From Senegalimassilia sp. (GTDB taxonomy: Bacteria > Fibrobacterota > Fibrobacteria > Fibrobacterales > Fibrobacteraceae), in NCBI GenBank assembly GCA_963652365.1, contig CAVJTH010000001.1:62760-126759 (forward strand): a stretch of DNA of 64,000 nt, given 5' to 3'. Under the pieces are notes generated by a model. That model had not been told where the DNA came from. It searched no databases and was given only the letters and a program-made list of their open reading frames with translations. Position numbers and translations under genes: made by a program. Below are positions 1 through 9,533 of the stretch, piece by piece. How positions within the stretch are numbered: position 1 is the first letter of the stretch; every line of letters begins with the position of its first letter.

Positions 1-48
1 AAGGGTCGCAAGCGTCTCACGGTCAGCGACACCATCTACAAGAAGTAG
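1..48 (+). CDS. rpmH: 50S ribosomal protein L34, C-terminal end (5' end lies outside the window)
   Basis: Frame 1 reads KGRKRLTVSDTIYKK*. KGRKRLTV is the conserved L34 C-terminus. It is followed by rnpA-yidD-yidC, as in the canonical cluster. Confidence 0.75.
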   Translation, partial: KGRKRLTVSDTIYKK

Positions 49-143
49 GGCCTGGTATCCCCAGTCTTCGCTCCTTTCGGCTCCAGTCGGAGTCCGATTA
101 TCGACAAATAGCCCATCGCGGCAAGCGAGTCCACGCAAAGTCC

Positions 144-395
144 TTGACGATGCAGTGGATTGAAAGCCCGGATGGAGTTTGTCGTTTTTGTTTTTTGGCG
201 CGAAAGAAAAACGGATCGGCGGTCTATCGAAACCGCTGCCGTCGGATTCTTCGCCCTGTCTTTTTTGAAAAGACTTCGACGATCGCCGCTCCCGTGTGGG
301 CGATGATCTTCGTGAACGACAAGGAATGCGAAATGACTTCGGAGCGCCTGCGCAAGGCCGCCTTTCGCATTTTCGAGAAGATGGGCTGGCGATGA
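144..395 (+). CDS. rnpA: RNase P protein component (5' end uncertain)
   Basis: Contains the RnpA RNR box ([17 protein letters not shown]). The stop overlaps the yidD start (ATGA). The first canonical start is TTG144/ATG150, but RnpA-like sequence continues in frame upstream with no ATG/GTG/TTG. Confidence 0.7.
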   Translation: MTMQWIESPDGVCRFCFLARKKNGSAVYRNRCRRILRPVFFEKTSTIAAPVWAMIFVNDKECEMTSERLRKAAFRIFEKMGWR

Positions 396-643
396 GTTTC
401 GGACACGCTCTGGAAGAACTGCTCGTCTTTCCCATCCGAGTCTATCGGAAAATCCATCCCTACTTTTTTCGGGGCGTTTGCCGGTTTCGCCCGACATGCT
501 CCGAGTATGCGATCGAGGCTATCCGTGTCCACGGAATCTTCAAAGGTTTCTATCTTGCCGCTTTTCGGATAATCCGTTGCAATCCCTTTTGCCGGGGAGG
601 CTTCGATCCCGTTCCGCCTAAGAAAGAGAAAAAAAGAATATGA
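392..643 (+). CDS. yidD: membrane protein insertion efficiency factor YidD
   Basis: Uses internal ATG392 of ORF 296..643. [29 protein letters not shown] is the YidD signature. It has 4-nt ATGA overlaps with rnpA and yidC. Confidence 0.9.
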   Translation: MSFGHALEELLVFPIRVYRKIHPYFFRGVCRFRPTCSEYAIEAIRVHGIFKGFYLAAFRIIRCNPFCRGGFDPVPPKKEKKRI

Positions 644-2463
644 AAAAGTCAACCGTAATCGGTCTCCTTCTCCTGGTCCTGCTCTTCATCTGGTCGATGA
701 CGATTTCCACGAATCGCGCCCAGCAGCAAGCTGTCGAAAAATCGAAAACCGAACAGGCACCGTCTGCCCGAAGCGGTTCGCTATCCGTCCCGGAACTCTC
801 CGCTCTGGATACGTCGAAGCTTGTGCCGGCGACACTCGCTCCCGCCAAGGAAAAGGAAGCGGTGGCGGTCAAGGATTCGGCAACTTCGGATTCCGCAAAG
901 GTGGCGGCCCCGATCGCGCGCAGGAAGATTCGGGTGGAAAACGAACATTTCACGGTGGTCTTCGACAATCTCGGAGCGAAAATTTCGAGCATCGTCGTCA
1001 AGGCGCTCCCCGATTCCGCAGGAAACTTCCCGGAAATCATCGGGGATACCGCGTCGGGCGCTTTGGGACTGAAAATCGATAACGTCGATCTTTCGGGGCA
1101 GCTGTTCGCCCTTCCGGAGAATACGCCGGATTCCATCGCTGTCGAGGGCGACACGTCGCTCGTGTTTACGTTTGCCGACCCGAACGGCAACAAGGTGATC
1201 CGTCGCTACGGTTTCACCAAGGCGGGCGTCTCCATCGCCCAGACGGTTTCGTTCGAGGGGTTCAGGCCGAACGACTATGAAATCCTCTGGCAGGGAGGCA
1301 TGAAGGAGACGGAGGCCTTCCCGAAGGGCAGAAGCTTTGGCGGAGGTTCCTATTTCTTTAGCGAAGTCGTTTTCAATGACATGTACAGCGTGGAGCGCGA
1401 GGCGGTTCGCGGCAAGGAAACGTTCAACGCGAAGGATGGGAAAATCCTCTGGGCGGGAATGCGCCGCAAGTATGTCGCCGCGGTCATCAAGTTCCCGAGC
1501 GCATCCGAGGCGACGCTCAAGGCGGAACACTTTACCGAATCGGGCGCAGACAGCAAGGATCCCGGAACCTACCGGATTTCCCTTTCCGACTACATGCAGG
1601 ACAACGATACGCTGGCGTTCGACTTTATGGTCCTTCCGCTCAACTGGAGCGAAATCAAGAGCTTCGACGTCGGGTTCGAAAAAATTATCGTGAGTGGCTG
1701 GACCTGGTGCGGTGCGGACGTCTGGTTCGTCGCGCTGTGCGGGTTCCTGCTCTGGCTTCTCAAGGCGTTCTATTCCATCATCCCGAACTACGGCGTGGGC
1801 ATCATCCTTCTCACGATTCTCGTGCGCATGATCACGACCCCGCTTACGCTCAAGCAGCTCCGCTCGACGCGCGGAATGAGCAAGCTCAAGCCGGAAATCG
1901 ACGCGATCAATGTCAAGTATCGTTCCGAGCCGCAAAAGAAACAGGCCGCGATCATGGAACTCTATGCGAAGCACAACATCAACCCGATGGCGTCTTGCAC
2001 GGGCGGTTGCCTTCCGATGCTCATCCAGATGCCGGTCTTCTTTGCTCTCTTCATGGTCTTTGGACGCGCGATCGAGCTGCGCGGTCAGCCTTTTGTCGGG
2101 TGGATTTCCGATCTGTCTCGCTCCGACGTGATTTGGAACGGTATCACGATTCCGTTCATCATGCCGGACGGTCTCGCGATTCTTCCGATCGTGATGGTGT
2201 TTACGACCTATTTCCAGACGAAACAGTCGATGTCCCAGATGACGGATCCCGCCCAGCAGAAAATGATGGTCTGGATGATGCCCGCGATGATGTTCCTGTT
2301 TAGCGCGGTGATGCCTTCGGGACTTGTGCTCTACTGGATCATTTCGAACCTGTGGGGAATCGGTCAATATGCTCTCGTGAACCGTGCCCGCAAGGCGGAA
2401 GAGGCTTCGGACAAGCTGAAAGGCAAGAAGGTCCAGGACGCGGTCGTCGTCAAGAAAAAGTGA
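640..2463 (+). CDS. yidC: membrane protein insertase YidC
   Basis: 607 aa with an N-terminal TM helix, a large periplasmic domain and a C-terminal insertase core ([47 protein letters not shown]). Confidence 0.95.
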   Translation: MKKSTVIGLLLLVLLFIWSMTISTNRAQQQAVEKSKTEQAPSARSGSLSVPELSALDTSKLVPATLAPAKEKEAVAVKDSATSDSAKVAAPIARRKIRVENEHFTVVFDNLGAKISSIVVKALPDSAGNFPEIIGDTASGALGLKIDNVDLSGQLFALPENTPDSIAVEGDTSLVFTFADPNGNKVIRRYGFTKAGVSIAQTVSFEGFRPNDYEILWQGGMKETEAFPKGRSFGGGSYFFSEVVFNDMYSVEREAVRGKETFNAKDGKILWAGMRRKYVAAVIKFPSASEATLKAEHFTESGADSKDPGTYRISLSDYMQDNDTLAFDFMVLPLNWSEIKSFDVGFEKIIVSGWTWCGADVWFVALCGFLLWLLKAFYSIIPNYGVGIILLTILVRMITTPLTLKQLRSTRGMSKLKPEIDAINVKYRSEPQKKQAAIMELYAKHNINPMASCTGGCLPMLIQMPVFFALFMVFGRAIELRGQPFVGWISDLSRSDVIWNGITIPFIMPDGLAILPIVMVFTTYFQTKQSMSQMTDPAQQKMMVWMMPAMMFLFSAVMPSGLVLYWIISNLWGIGQYALVNRARKAEEASDKLKGKKVQDAVVVKKK

Positions 2464-2487
2464 TTGAAAATTCAGGATGGAATATCG

Positions 2488-2520
2488 AAAGCCTAGACGC
2501 AGCGAACGTCTAGGCTTTTT
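2488..2520 (+). terminator. intrinsic terminator after yidC
   Basis: 10-bp stem agcctagacg / cgtctaggct with a 7-nt loop, followed by TTTT. It starts 25 nt after the yidC stop. Confidence 0.7.
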
Positions 2521-2682
2521 CGCGAAGCGACCCCCCTGTCGCAAAGCGAGCCGTTACTTTCTGCCAAAAGGCTTTTGTCGCGAAGCGACCCGTTTCCTCC
2601 TGGCGGCGGAGGTAGTCAGAGCTTAGTTGAGAGAGCTTAGAGACGCAAAGCGGGCTGTTCAGTGATTAGTGGATAGTGATTA

Positions 2683-2900
2683 GTTCAGAGCTTAGTGGGG
2701 AGAACTTAGAGCTTGGAGATCTCAGCAAACATCTCATGCTAGAGCCTAAATGTCTGCAAATCTCAGCTCTAAGATCTAAGTTCTAAGCTCTGCGTTAAAG
2801 CCTAGACGTCCGCGGAACTCCACCCTCCACACTTCACGCTCAACTGATTCCTGTTTCCTGACTCCTGAGTCCTGTTTACTATCCACACTCAACCAAGCTC
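2683..2900 (-). repeat. stop-codon-adjacent repeat element, copy 1 (inverted relative to copy 2 at 23320..23489)
   Basis: The reverse complement of 2683..2840 aligns to 23332..23489 over 158 bp, with 6 substitutions plus a short indel patch near the distal end. Homology resumes at GCTTGGT(T/C)GAG after a ~47-bp insertion in this copy. The element starts at the stop codon of the ABC-2 permease gene. Confidence 0.8.
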
Positions 2901-4118
2901 TGACTTCTGGCTTCTCTTCTTCCGCAAGAGTCGAAGCTTTTCGAAAAGCGGAGAAAGCAGATCGTGACGCTTGGCGTGCAAAAGCCCGAGAACGAGGTAG
3001 AAGACGGACAGCTCGAATAGGCGGAGAAGGTCCGGGGCGACTTCCGTAAAGGACGCTCCGATGTTCTGGATTTTCAGCCAGGCGGGAATCGCATACGTCG
3101 ATGGGAAGAACGCTCCGCAGATGCGCAGCCATGACGGCATGTTTCCCTGGGGCCAGCTGAAACCGGAAACGAACAGGACGAGAATCGGAACGCAGGCAAA
3201 GAACAGGAGCGCCGTCTCGCGGTGCTTGAAGAATTGCGCCATCCACATTCCCATGTTGACTGTCGCGCCAAAGAAGAAGATGCCGAACACGAGAACGAGC
3301 CACATGTCTCCGCGGTCTGGAAAATCGAAAACGTGGTAAATCACCAGCTTGTAGAAAAAGAGAGCGGCAAGGTAGTGCAGAATGAACGCCGTAGAGCGTC
3401 CAAAGTATCGCAAAAGCAGCGGGGCGCTTTCCGTCTCTTCGCAGCCCTTCAGATAGTGAAAATGCCTGTTCTTGCGCGGTCCGCCCATAACGCCGATTCC
3501 GACAAGGCATGTCTGTTGCAAGATGATCATCAGCACGGCGGAAACCGCATAGATGCCGTAGCCGCCGGACTGGTTGAACATTCGGAAGAACCGGGTGGGA
3601 ATCGGATCGCGAATCGCCTTCGCTTCGGCGAGCGTCTTGCCGCTTGCGACGATGCGCTTGACTTGCACGGTCGCCCCGAGGGTTCCCGCTGCCGTGGCGA
3701 ATGCCGTGGCGACATTTCCGTAGAGAAGGATGAACGCTCCGTGCGCATAGACGCCGACCGAAACGTTGTTTCCCTTGCGGAGATCCGCTTCCATTCCCTT
3801 GGGAATCTTCATGTAACCGTAGATTTCTTCGTTTGCGAGGGCGAGTTCCGCTTCGCGTTCGTTGCCGTAAACGGCGACAACGGAATCTTCCTGCATGGAC
3901 GACGCCATTCGAATCAGTTCGCGGGACATGGCGGAACGGTCCAGATCGACGATGGCGACCGGCGCCTTGTTCGCGACTTCATGGACATAGGGAAAGGGAT
4001 AGTAGAACGAGTAGAGGACGACACCGGCGACGACGATCAGCATGCAGGCCGGATCGCGAAGCATCGTCTTCCATTCCGTGAGAGCGATGCGGAAAAACTG
4101 TCCGATGCGTTGCCTCAT
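2889..4118 (-). CDS. ABC-2 type transporter permease
   Basis: Uses internal ATG4118 of ORF 2889..4208, in an ATGA overlap with the upstream permease stop. It has an N-terminal TM helix, a large loop and a C-terminal TM bundle, the YhhJ/YbhR-like layout. It is the last gene of the TolC-HlyD-permease-permease operon. Confidence 0.8.
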   Translation of the reverse strand: MRQRIGQFFRIALTEWKTMLRDPACMLIVVAGVVLYSFYYPFPYVHEVANKAPVAIVDLDRSAMSRELIRMASSMQEDSVVAVYGNEREAELALANEEIYGYMKIPKGMEADLRKGNNVSVGVYAHGAFILLYGNVATAFATAAGTLGATVQVKRIVASGKTLAEAKAIRDPIPTRFFRMFNQSGGYGIYAVSAVLMIILQQTCLVGIGVMGGPRKNRHFHYLKGCEETESAPLLLRYFGRSTAFILHYLAALFFYKLVIYHVFDFPDRGDMWLVLVFGIFFFGATVNMGMWMAQFFKHRETALLFFACVPILVLFVSGFSWPQGNMPSWLRICGAFFPSTYAIPAWLKIQNIGASFTEVAPDLLRLFELSVFYLVLGLLHAKRHDLLSPLFEKLRLLRKKRSQKSELG

Positions 4119-5245
4119 TGTGCGGCCAGCTCCTTTTCGATTGTTTTCGGAATTCGGATGCGAAGCGTGAAGATGGCGAGCAAGGTCCAGAACAGCAGTT
4201 CCCCGCAAAGAATTTCAAGCGAGTGAAACGCTCGGGAAATTCCGATGTGTCCGATAAAGAATGCCGACTGGAGCTGCATGAAGTGCGTGATCGGCAGGAC
4301 AAAGGCCCAGGCGCGAAGTCCAAGCGGCATGGCGAACAGGGGAAACGTTTGGCCGCAAAAGGCGAAGGCCGGTCCTCCGGCGACCGCTGCGGAGCTGAGC
4401 GCGATTCGCATTTCGCCGATGAATCCGACAAAGGTGGCGCCAGCGGCGAGGCAAGTCCCGACCATGGCGTAGATGCCGCAGACAAGAACGGCCATGTCGA
4501 TTTTCTGGAGCGCGGGCATTCCCTTTCGCGCGATGCACATCAAGACGACCATTTCCGTCCCAAGAACGAGAAATGCGGGCAGGAACCTTCCGAAAAACGC
4601 GGCGACCGTTGAATTTTCGGCGGCGTCAAACCATTTTCGGACGCGCCGTTCCCGAATCGGATAGGCGAAGATATAAGCTCCGAAAATCATCGCGATGACG
4701 TGAAAGAATGCGGCGACAAGCCCGATTCCCAAAAAGCGCTCGTAGTTTCCGGTCGGATTTCCGACGATATGAAGCTCTGTCGTGACTGGCGGCATGACCG
4801 TGTTCTTGACGAGCAGGGCGCCTTGTGTCCCGATGACGGTCCGCAGATCGTTCGTGACGAGCTTGCTCGTGAGCAGGGACTGTCCGTTGGTATAGACCGT
4901 GATAATCGGGGTTTCCATGCGGAGCGCGTTCTTTTCGAGCTCCGGCGGAATATGGAGAAACGCGTAGATTTCTCCGCTGCGCATGGCCGCCGCGCATTCC
5001 GAGATGCTCTTGCAGCGTTTGGCTATCCGTGTCGTCGGGGTCGCGTCGATCGCCCTTAAAAGCTTACCCTGCAAGTCTCCACCGCTTTCCGCGACGACTC
5101 CGATTTCCAGATGGCCCGGACTCTCCGCCGAGAAGAGCGAAAGAATTCCGAGGCTGAGTCCGACGGGAAAGATGAAAAGCAGAATGACCATCGGAGGATT
5201 CCAACGACCGTATGCATCCTTGAAGACTGCCCAGAGACGCTTCAA
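4115..5245 (-). CDS. ABC-2 type transporter permease
   Basis: 376 aa with the same architecture (N-terminal TM PPMVILLFIFPVGLSLGILSLF, an extracytoplasmic domain, C-terminal TM helices). There is a 1-nt gap to the HlyD-family gene. Confidence 0.8.
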   Translation of the reverse strand: MKRLWAVFKDAYGRWNPPMVILLFIFPVGLSLGILSLFSAESPGHLEIGVVAESGGDLQGKLLRAIDATPTTRIAKRCKSISECAAAMRSGEIYAFLHIPPELEKNALRMETPIITVYTNGQSLLTSKLVTNDLRTVIGTQGALLVKNTVMPPVTTELHIVGNPTGNYERFLGIGLVAAFFHVIAMIFGAYIFAYPIRERRVRKWFDAAENSTVAAFFGRFLPAFLVLGTEMVVLMCIARKGMPALQKIDMAVLVCGIYAMVGTCLAAGATFVGFIGEMRIALSSAAVAGGPAFAFCGQTFPLFAMPLGLRAWAFVLPITHFMQLQSAFFIGHIGISRAFHSLEILCGELLFWTLLAIFTLRIRIPKTIEKELAAQ

Positions 5246-5246
5246 C

Positions 5247-6236
5247 TTATTTCTCCAGGGTGCGTTTCCAGAGAGCGGTCATCCCCGGACGCAGGCCTTC
5301 GACGGGAGCCTTTGGCCGCAAGCGGATTTCAAAGGTCTTCAGGTCGAATCCGCCGCTTTCCTTGCTGCTCTTCCAGATGGCGTAGCTGCCGGCGCTTGCG
5401 ATGTAATAGACTTCCATCGAGACGTTCGTGCCTAGCGCGGGAATATACAGTTCAAAGGATTTTCCCTTGGAAACGTCCCGAAGCTCGTCTTCGCGGATGT
5501 TGAAAACCGCCCACGCGTCCTTTAGGTCGGTAATGGCGACGATCGGCATTCCCGCTCCGACGACTTCGCCTTCTTCCGAAATCTTGAGCGTGACCTCTCC
5601 GGAAATCGGCGCGACGATTTTTGTCTCGTCGAGATAGGCCTTGACTTCCGCTTTCGCTCCGTTTGCCTGCAACACGAGGGCGTTCGCCGCGTCCTTGTCT
5701 TCGGCGCGCGCACCGTTCGTCGCTTCGGTGTATTGCGCCTTTGCCGCTTCCACCTGGGCGTTCGCCGCATTCATCTGCGTTTCGGCTTCGTCTCTCTTTT
5801 GAACGGGAAGCACGCCTTCGTCGTAGAGCTTCTGGACGCGCTCGTAAGTCGTCTTGGCGAGCTTTGCCGCTTCCTCGGCACGGTTCATCACTGCCTTTGC
5901 CGCGCTGATCTGCTCGGACCGCGCTCCGTTTTTCGCCTTGTTCGCCTGGGCCCTTGCCGCCTTGTAGGCGCCTTCCGCCTGCATCTTCTTCGCTTCCACT
6001 TCGGGACTCGAAATCTCGGCGATGACCGCGCCTTTCGTAACGCTGTCGCCTTCGCGCACGGCAAATTCACTGATGCGCCCGGGAAGCTTTCCCGCGACCA
6101 TGACGCGTCGCGCCTCGATTTGCCCTTGCAGGTATTCGGGCTGCGGTGCGAGCGCAAAGTGCTTGATTGCGACAAATCCCGCAACGAGAAGCAGGACGAT
6201 AATCAGCAACATCAAAAAGGCAGGTACTCGTTTCAT
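5247..6236 (-). CDS. HlyD-family periplasmic adaptor (YbhG-like)
   Basis: 329 aa with an N-terminal TM anchor, a lipoyl-like half (GRISEFAVREGDSVTKGAVIAEI), a long Ala/Lys/Glu coiled coil and a second lipoyl half (IVAPISGEVT). Confidence 0.85.
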   Translation of the reverse strand: MKRVPAFLMLLIIVLLLVAGFVAIKHFALAPQPEYLQGQIEARRVMVAGKLPGRISEFAVREGDSVTKGAVIAEISSPEVEAKKMQAEGAYKAARAQANKAKNGARSEQISAAKAVMNRAEEAAKLAKTTYERVQKLYDEGVLPVQKRDEAETQMNAANAQVEAAKAQYTEATNGARAEDKDAANALVLQANGAKAEVKAYLDETKIVAPISGEVTLKISEEGEVVGAGMPIVAITDLKDAWAVFNIREDELRDVSKGKSFELYIPALGTNVSMEVYYIASAGSYAIWKSSKESGGFDLKTFEIRLRPKAPVEGLRPGMTALWKRTLEK

Positions 6237-7723
6237 TTTCGGTTCTCCAGGTATTTTCCGATGTTTTCCACTTCGCCGCAGGTTTCGAGAAGCCCGACGA
6301 GGGCCATCATCGCGTCATAGTTCGCTTTCAGGGTCGCCACGCGCAGACGTTCGAGGGAAAGTTCGGCATCGACGACGTCGAGGCTTGTTCCCATGCCGGC
6401 GTTAAAGGCCTTTTGCTGGTCTTCGAGGGATTCCTTGGCGAGTTCCTCGGTTTTCCTGAGCGTTTCCAGCTGGCTTTTCGCATGTTCGTATTCGCGAAAC
6501 CGCTTCTCGACCAGCAGGGAAATGTTCTGGACCGCCTGGTTCTGCATGTTTTCGACTTCGCGTCGTGTCGCTTTCGCCTCGGCGACCTTGCCGACGGTTT
6601 CGCCACCGTGGAAAATATCCCATTCGACGGCGACTCCCACGGCCCATTCCGGTTCGAGAATTGTCAAGTCCCTGGTGTAGAGTTCCTTCTTGCCAAAAAG
6701 GGCGACTGTCGGAAAGTAGTCTCCCCGGGCGGCTGTCACGGCGCGGCTTGCGCGCTTCCTTTCCTGTTCGAGCTGTCGGATTCCCGGGTAGTTTTCGGAG
6801 GCGCGCTTCTTGTATTCTTCGAGCGTTCTGTCCAGTTCGATCGATTCGATGGAAGTCGTCGCGGTAAGAGCCGTGTCGCTTGAGCCTAGGCTGTTGGCGA
6901 GAGCGAGCCTTGCGAGCGAAAGGTCGCGCTCGGCGTTGTCCTTTTCGGTCATCGCCTCGACGAGGGCGACTTCAGCGCGGAGCCTTTCCGCCCGGGAAAT
7001 CTGGCCGCCCGCTTCGAGCTTCTTCGCCTGTTCGACGTGTTCGCTTATCGTGCTGAAGGCTTCGGTGCGCAGCGTGACCATTTCTTCGGCGAGCCTCATG
7101 CTGAAATAGCGCGTGCAGATTTCGGAGAGAACCGTGTTCTCGACCAGGCTGTAGGCGGATTTCTGCGCTTCGATGTTTTCCGTGGAGGCTGCGTATGCCG
7201 AAAAGATCTTTCCACCGGTAAAGATGGGCCAGAGAAGCGTCGCGGACGCATTGAAAAAGAGTTCGTCCTGGACCTTGACCTTGAACTTGTCTGCGGGAAT
7301 CTGCGAAGCGAGCTGTGTCTGGCCGCTCCCCGCGACGTTCTGGGCGTATTCCTTCGCCTTGGCGTCTGCTGCGGCGATCGCCGCCATGTCTGTAGAAGAG
7401 GCGTAGGAGGCCATCAGCCCTCCGTATGTCGCCGCGTAGGTCGAAGCGTAGCTTGATCCCAGGATTGCGGAGCGAATCGGGGAAAGGTCGATCGTGATCG
7501 GCTCGTCGATTCGCGTCACCTTGCCGGAAAGCGTGAGCTTTGGCATAAAAAGGGAACGTGCGGATGTCTTTTGGCTTTCCGCCTTGTCTAGATGCGTCCG
7601 GTTCACGACTAGCTGGGGATTCTTTTGCTTGGCGATGGCGATGGCGTCATCGATGGAAAGCGGGGTCGCGCTTGCCGCCTGCAAGATTCCAAAAAGTAAA
7701 CAAATCGTTACGGTCCGTTTCAT
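6233..7723 (-). CDS. TolC-family outer membrane efflux protein
   Basis: Starts at ATG7723 with signal peptide MKRTVTICLLFGILQAASA. 496 aa with duplicated coiled-coil/barrel repeats. ATGA overlap with the HlyD-family gene. Confidence 0.85.
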   Translation of the reverse strand: MKRTVTICLLFGILQAASATPLSIDDAIAIAKQKNPQLVVNRTHLDKAESQKTSARSLFMPKLTLSGKVTRIDEPITIDLSPIRSAILGSSYASTYAATYGGLMASYASSTDMAAIAAADAKAKEYAQNVAGSGQTQLASQIPADKFKVKVQDELFFNASATLLWPIFTGGKIFSAYAASTENIEAQKSAYSLVENTVLSEICTRYFSMRLAEEMVTLRTEAFSTISEHVEQAKKLEAGGQISRAERLRAEVALVEAMTEKDNAERDLSLARLALANSLGSSDTALTATTSIESIELDRTLEEYKKRASENYPGIRQLEQERKRASRAVTAARGDYFPTVALFGKKELYTRDLTILEPEWAVGVAVEWDIFHGGETVGKVAEAKATRREVENMQNQAVQNISLLVEKRFREYEHAKSQLETLRKTEELAKESLEDQQKAFNAGMGTSLDVVDAELSLERLRVATLKANYDAMMALVGLLETCGEVENIGKYLENRK

Positions 7724-7968
7724 AGTGTTGGATAAAATAACAAACGGCACTGGGAGAAAATGGCGAATTTTGACAAAAAAGCAAATTTTACTGTTGAACT
7801 TTCGTTTATTTTATTTGGATGGAGGGAAGGTCTCCATATGGGCCTTTTCCCTGGGAACGATTTTGGAACAGTTTATGGCTACTTTTTGTTTTCAAACGGA
7901 AGGATTTGGCTTTTCGAGAGTATTTTAAGGCCATCGGCTTTTGTGCCAAAAATCGATCGAGGTTCAGA

Positions 7969-9471
7969 ATGAAAGCTTTCAAAATGGGCGTTCTTGCGTC
8001 AGCCTGTATCTTCGCCTGGAACTGCGGCGACGATTCCTCTTCCAATCCGCCAGCGGAAATTTCCAGCTCAAGCGGGCAAATGACGTGCGACTTGTCCGCA
8101 TACGGAACGCTCCCGCTCTGGACGGGCGCCTATCTTGTCTATGCGGACGGCTCTGTTTCGGACGGGACAAATGCCGTGGGGACCTTCGACTTTTCGACGG
8201 GAAACGTTCTGGACGCTAGCGGAGCGACGATCGCGACGCTCGACGCATCGATATTGCCCTGGTTCGATGGGGAAAAGCTCATCTACAGGAACTGCCTCGT
8301 GACAGCTCTCGATGGAAGCACGCTTGGGCGAATTGACGAAACCGGAAACTACGTGCCGGGAGCTGTCGAGATTTCCAGTTCGAGCGAAGAGCCGATTCTG
8401 CCGACCTCTTCGGAAACGGTCAATCCGAATTCCTCGGCGACGCTCCCGCTTTCTTCGGGAGAAGCCGCTTCAAGTTCGGGCGGCTCGCTTGTGGCTAGCT
8501 CCAGCTCGAAAATTTCCGGCTCCGGCGCAATGGATCCGAGCGGTTACGAAATCATGAATTACGCAAACATTCTGGACAACAACGCTACCGGTTGGAGTTC
8601 CCGCTACTGGGATGCCTGCAAGCCGCACTGTTCGTGGCCCGGAAACGTCGATACGAGCTCCCTTGAGGCTTACAGGAAGGATTACGGTGCCGCCCGGAAT
8701 TGCAACATCAACGATTTTGAAATCCCGGCATGGACGCTCAGCTACAATGTGCAGCAGTATTGGAAAGGCTACCAGGGAACGACCAGCGCATGTTCTAGCG
8801 AGCGGGGCGGTGGAACCGGCGGCGCCTTTGTCTGCACGGACATGTCGCCGGTCGCGGTGAACGATACCCTGGCGTATGCGTTCGTCGCAGGGCCCGGTTC
8901 GGGAGTCAAGGGTTGCGGGAAGTGCTACCATCTGCAGTTTAACGGCGGAAACCACGACAATCAGATCAAGGCGGCGCACAAGGCATTGAAGGGAAAGCAT
9001 CTGATCGTGATGGCTTCGAACATCGGACATGACGTGGAAGAGGGCCAGTTCGACATGATGGTGCCGGGCGGTGGCGTCGGACAATACGATGCGCTTTCCT
9101 CGCAAATCGGTGTTTCGAAGGATCAGCTGGGCGTCACGTATGGCGGGTTCCTTACTTCGTGCCAGCAGACGCTCGGTTACGATGCGGCTCTCGAAAAATA
9201 CCAGACGTGTGTCACCGAGATGTGCGAAGCGGTTTTCCCGAATCAACCGAATCTTTTGCGCGGATGCAAATGGTTCGCCGATTGGTATATGGCGGCGGAC
9301 AACCCCACGTATAACTGGGAAGAGGTGGAATGCCCGCAGTATCTGATCGACAAGTACATGACGACGATCAATACGGTAATCGAGACGAATATCGCCTGGC
9401 AGGACGACTGGTCCGGCTATACCGGCGGAGCCTTCGAAACGAAGGATTGCGACGATTCGGGATGTCCGTAG
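7969..9471 (+). CDS. GH45 endoglucanase lipoprotein with N-terminal repeat region
   Basis: Uses internal ATG7969 (MKAFKMGVLASACIFAWNCGDD). The C-terminal domain carries GH45 motifs (SSRYWDACKPHCSW, QFDMMVPGGGVG). Ser-rich linkers are present. Confidence 0.8.
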   Translation: MKAFKMGVLASACIFAWNCGDDSSSNPPAEISSSSGQMTCDLSAYGTLPLWTGAYLVYADGSVSDGTNAVGTFDFSTGNVLDASGATIATLDASILPWFDGEKLIYRNCLVTALDGSTLGRIDETGNYVPGAVEISSSSEEPILPTSSETVNPNSSATLPLSSGEAASSSGGSLVASSSSKISGSGAMDPSGYEIMNYANILDNNATGWSSRYWDACKPHCSWPGNVDTSSLEAYRKDYGAARNCNINDFEIPAWTLSYNVQQYWKGYQGTTSACSSERGGGTGGAFVCTDMSPVAVNDTLAYAFVAGPGSGVKGCGKCYHLQFNGGNHDNQIKAAHKALKGKHLIVMASNIGHDVEEGQFDMMVPGGGVGQYDALSSQIGVSKDQLGVTYGGFLTSCQQTLGYDAALEKYQTCVTEMCEAVFPNQPNLLRGCKWFADWYMAADNPTYNWEEVECPQYLIDKYMTTINTVIETNIAWQDDWSGYTGGAFETKDCDDSGCP

Positions 9472-9533
9472 CGGCAAGGGAAAGGATTTCGGGTGGTGTG
9501 TGGTAAAAATTTCACAGAACAGAAGGATGAAAA

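Noticed and set aside
296-391. N-terminal 32-aa extension of the yidD ORF (start at 296)
   Set aside because: It lies entirely inside rnpA in another frame. ATG392 gives a typical-length YidD and an ATGA coupling with the rnpA stop.
781-2544. Long antisense or out-of-frame ORFs over yidC (781..2544), the SBP gene (42327..43961), eno (40591..42306), the EF-G paralog (47844..49322) and many 60-200-aa ORFs throughout
   Set aside because: Each overlaps a confidently identified gene on the other strand or in another frame, and each has Arg/Pro/Gly-rich composition typical of spurious frames in GC-rich DNA.
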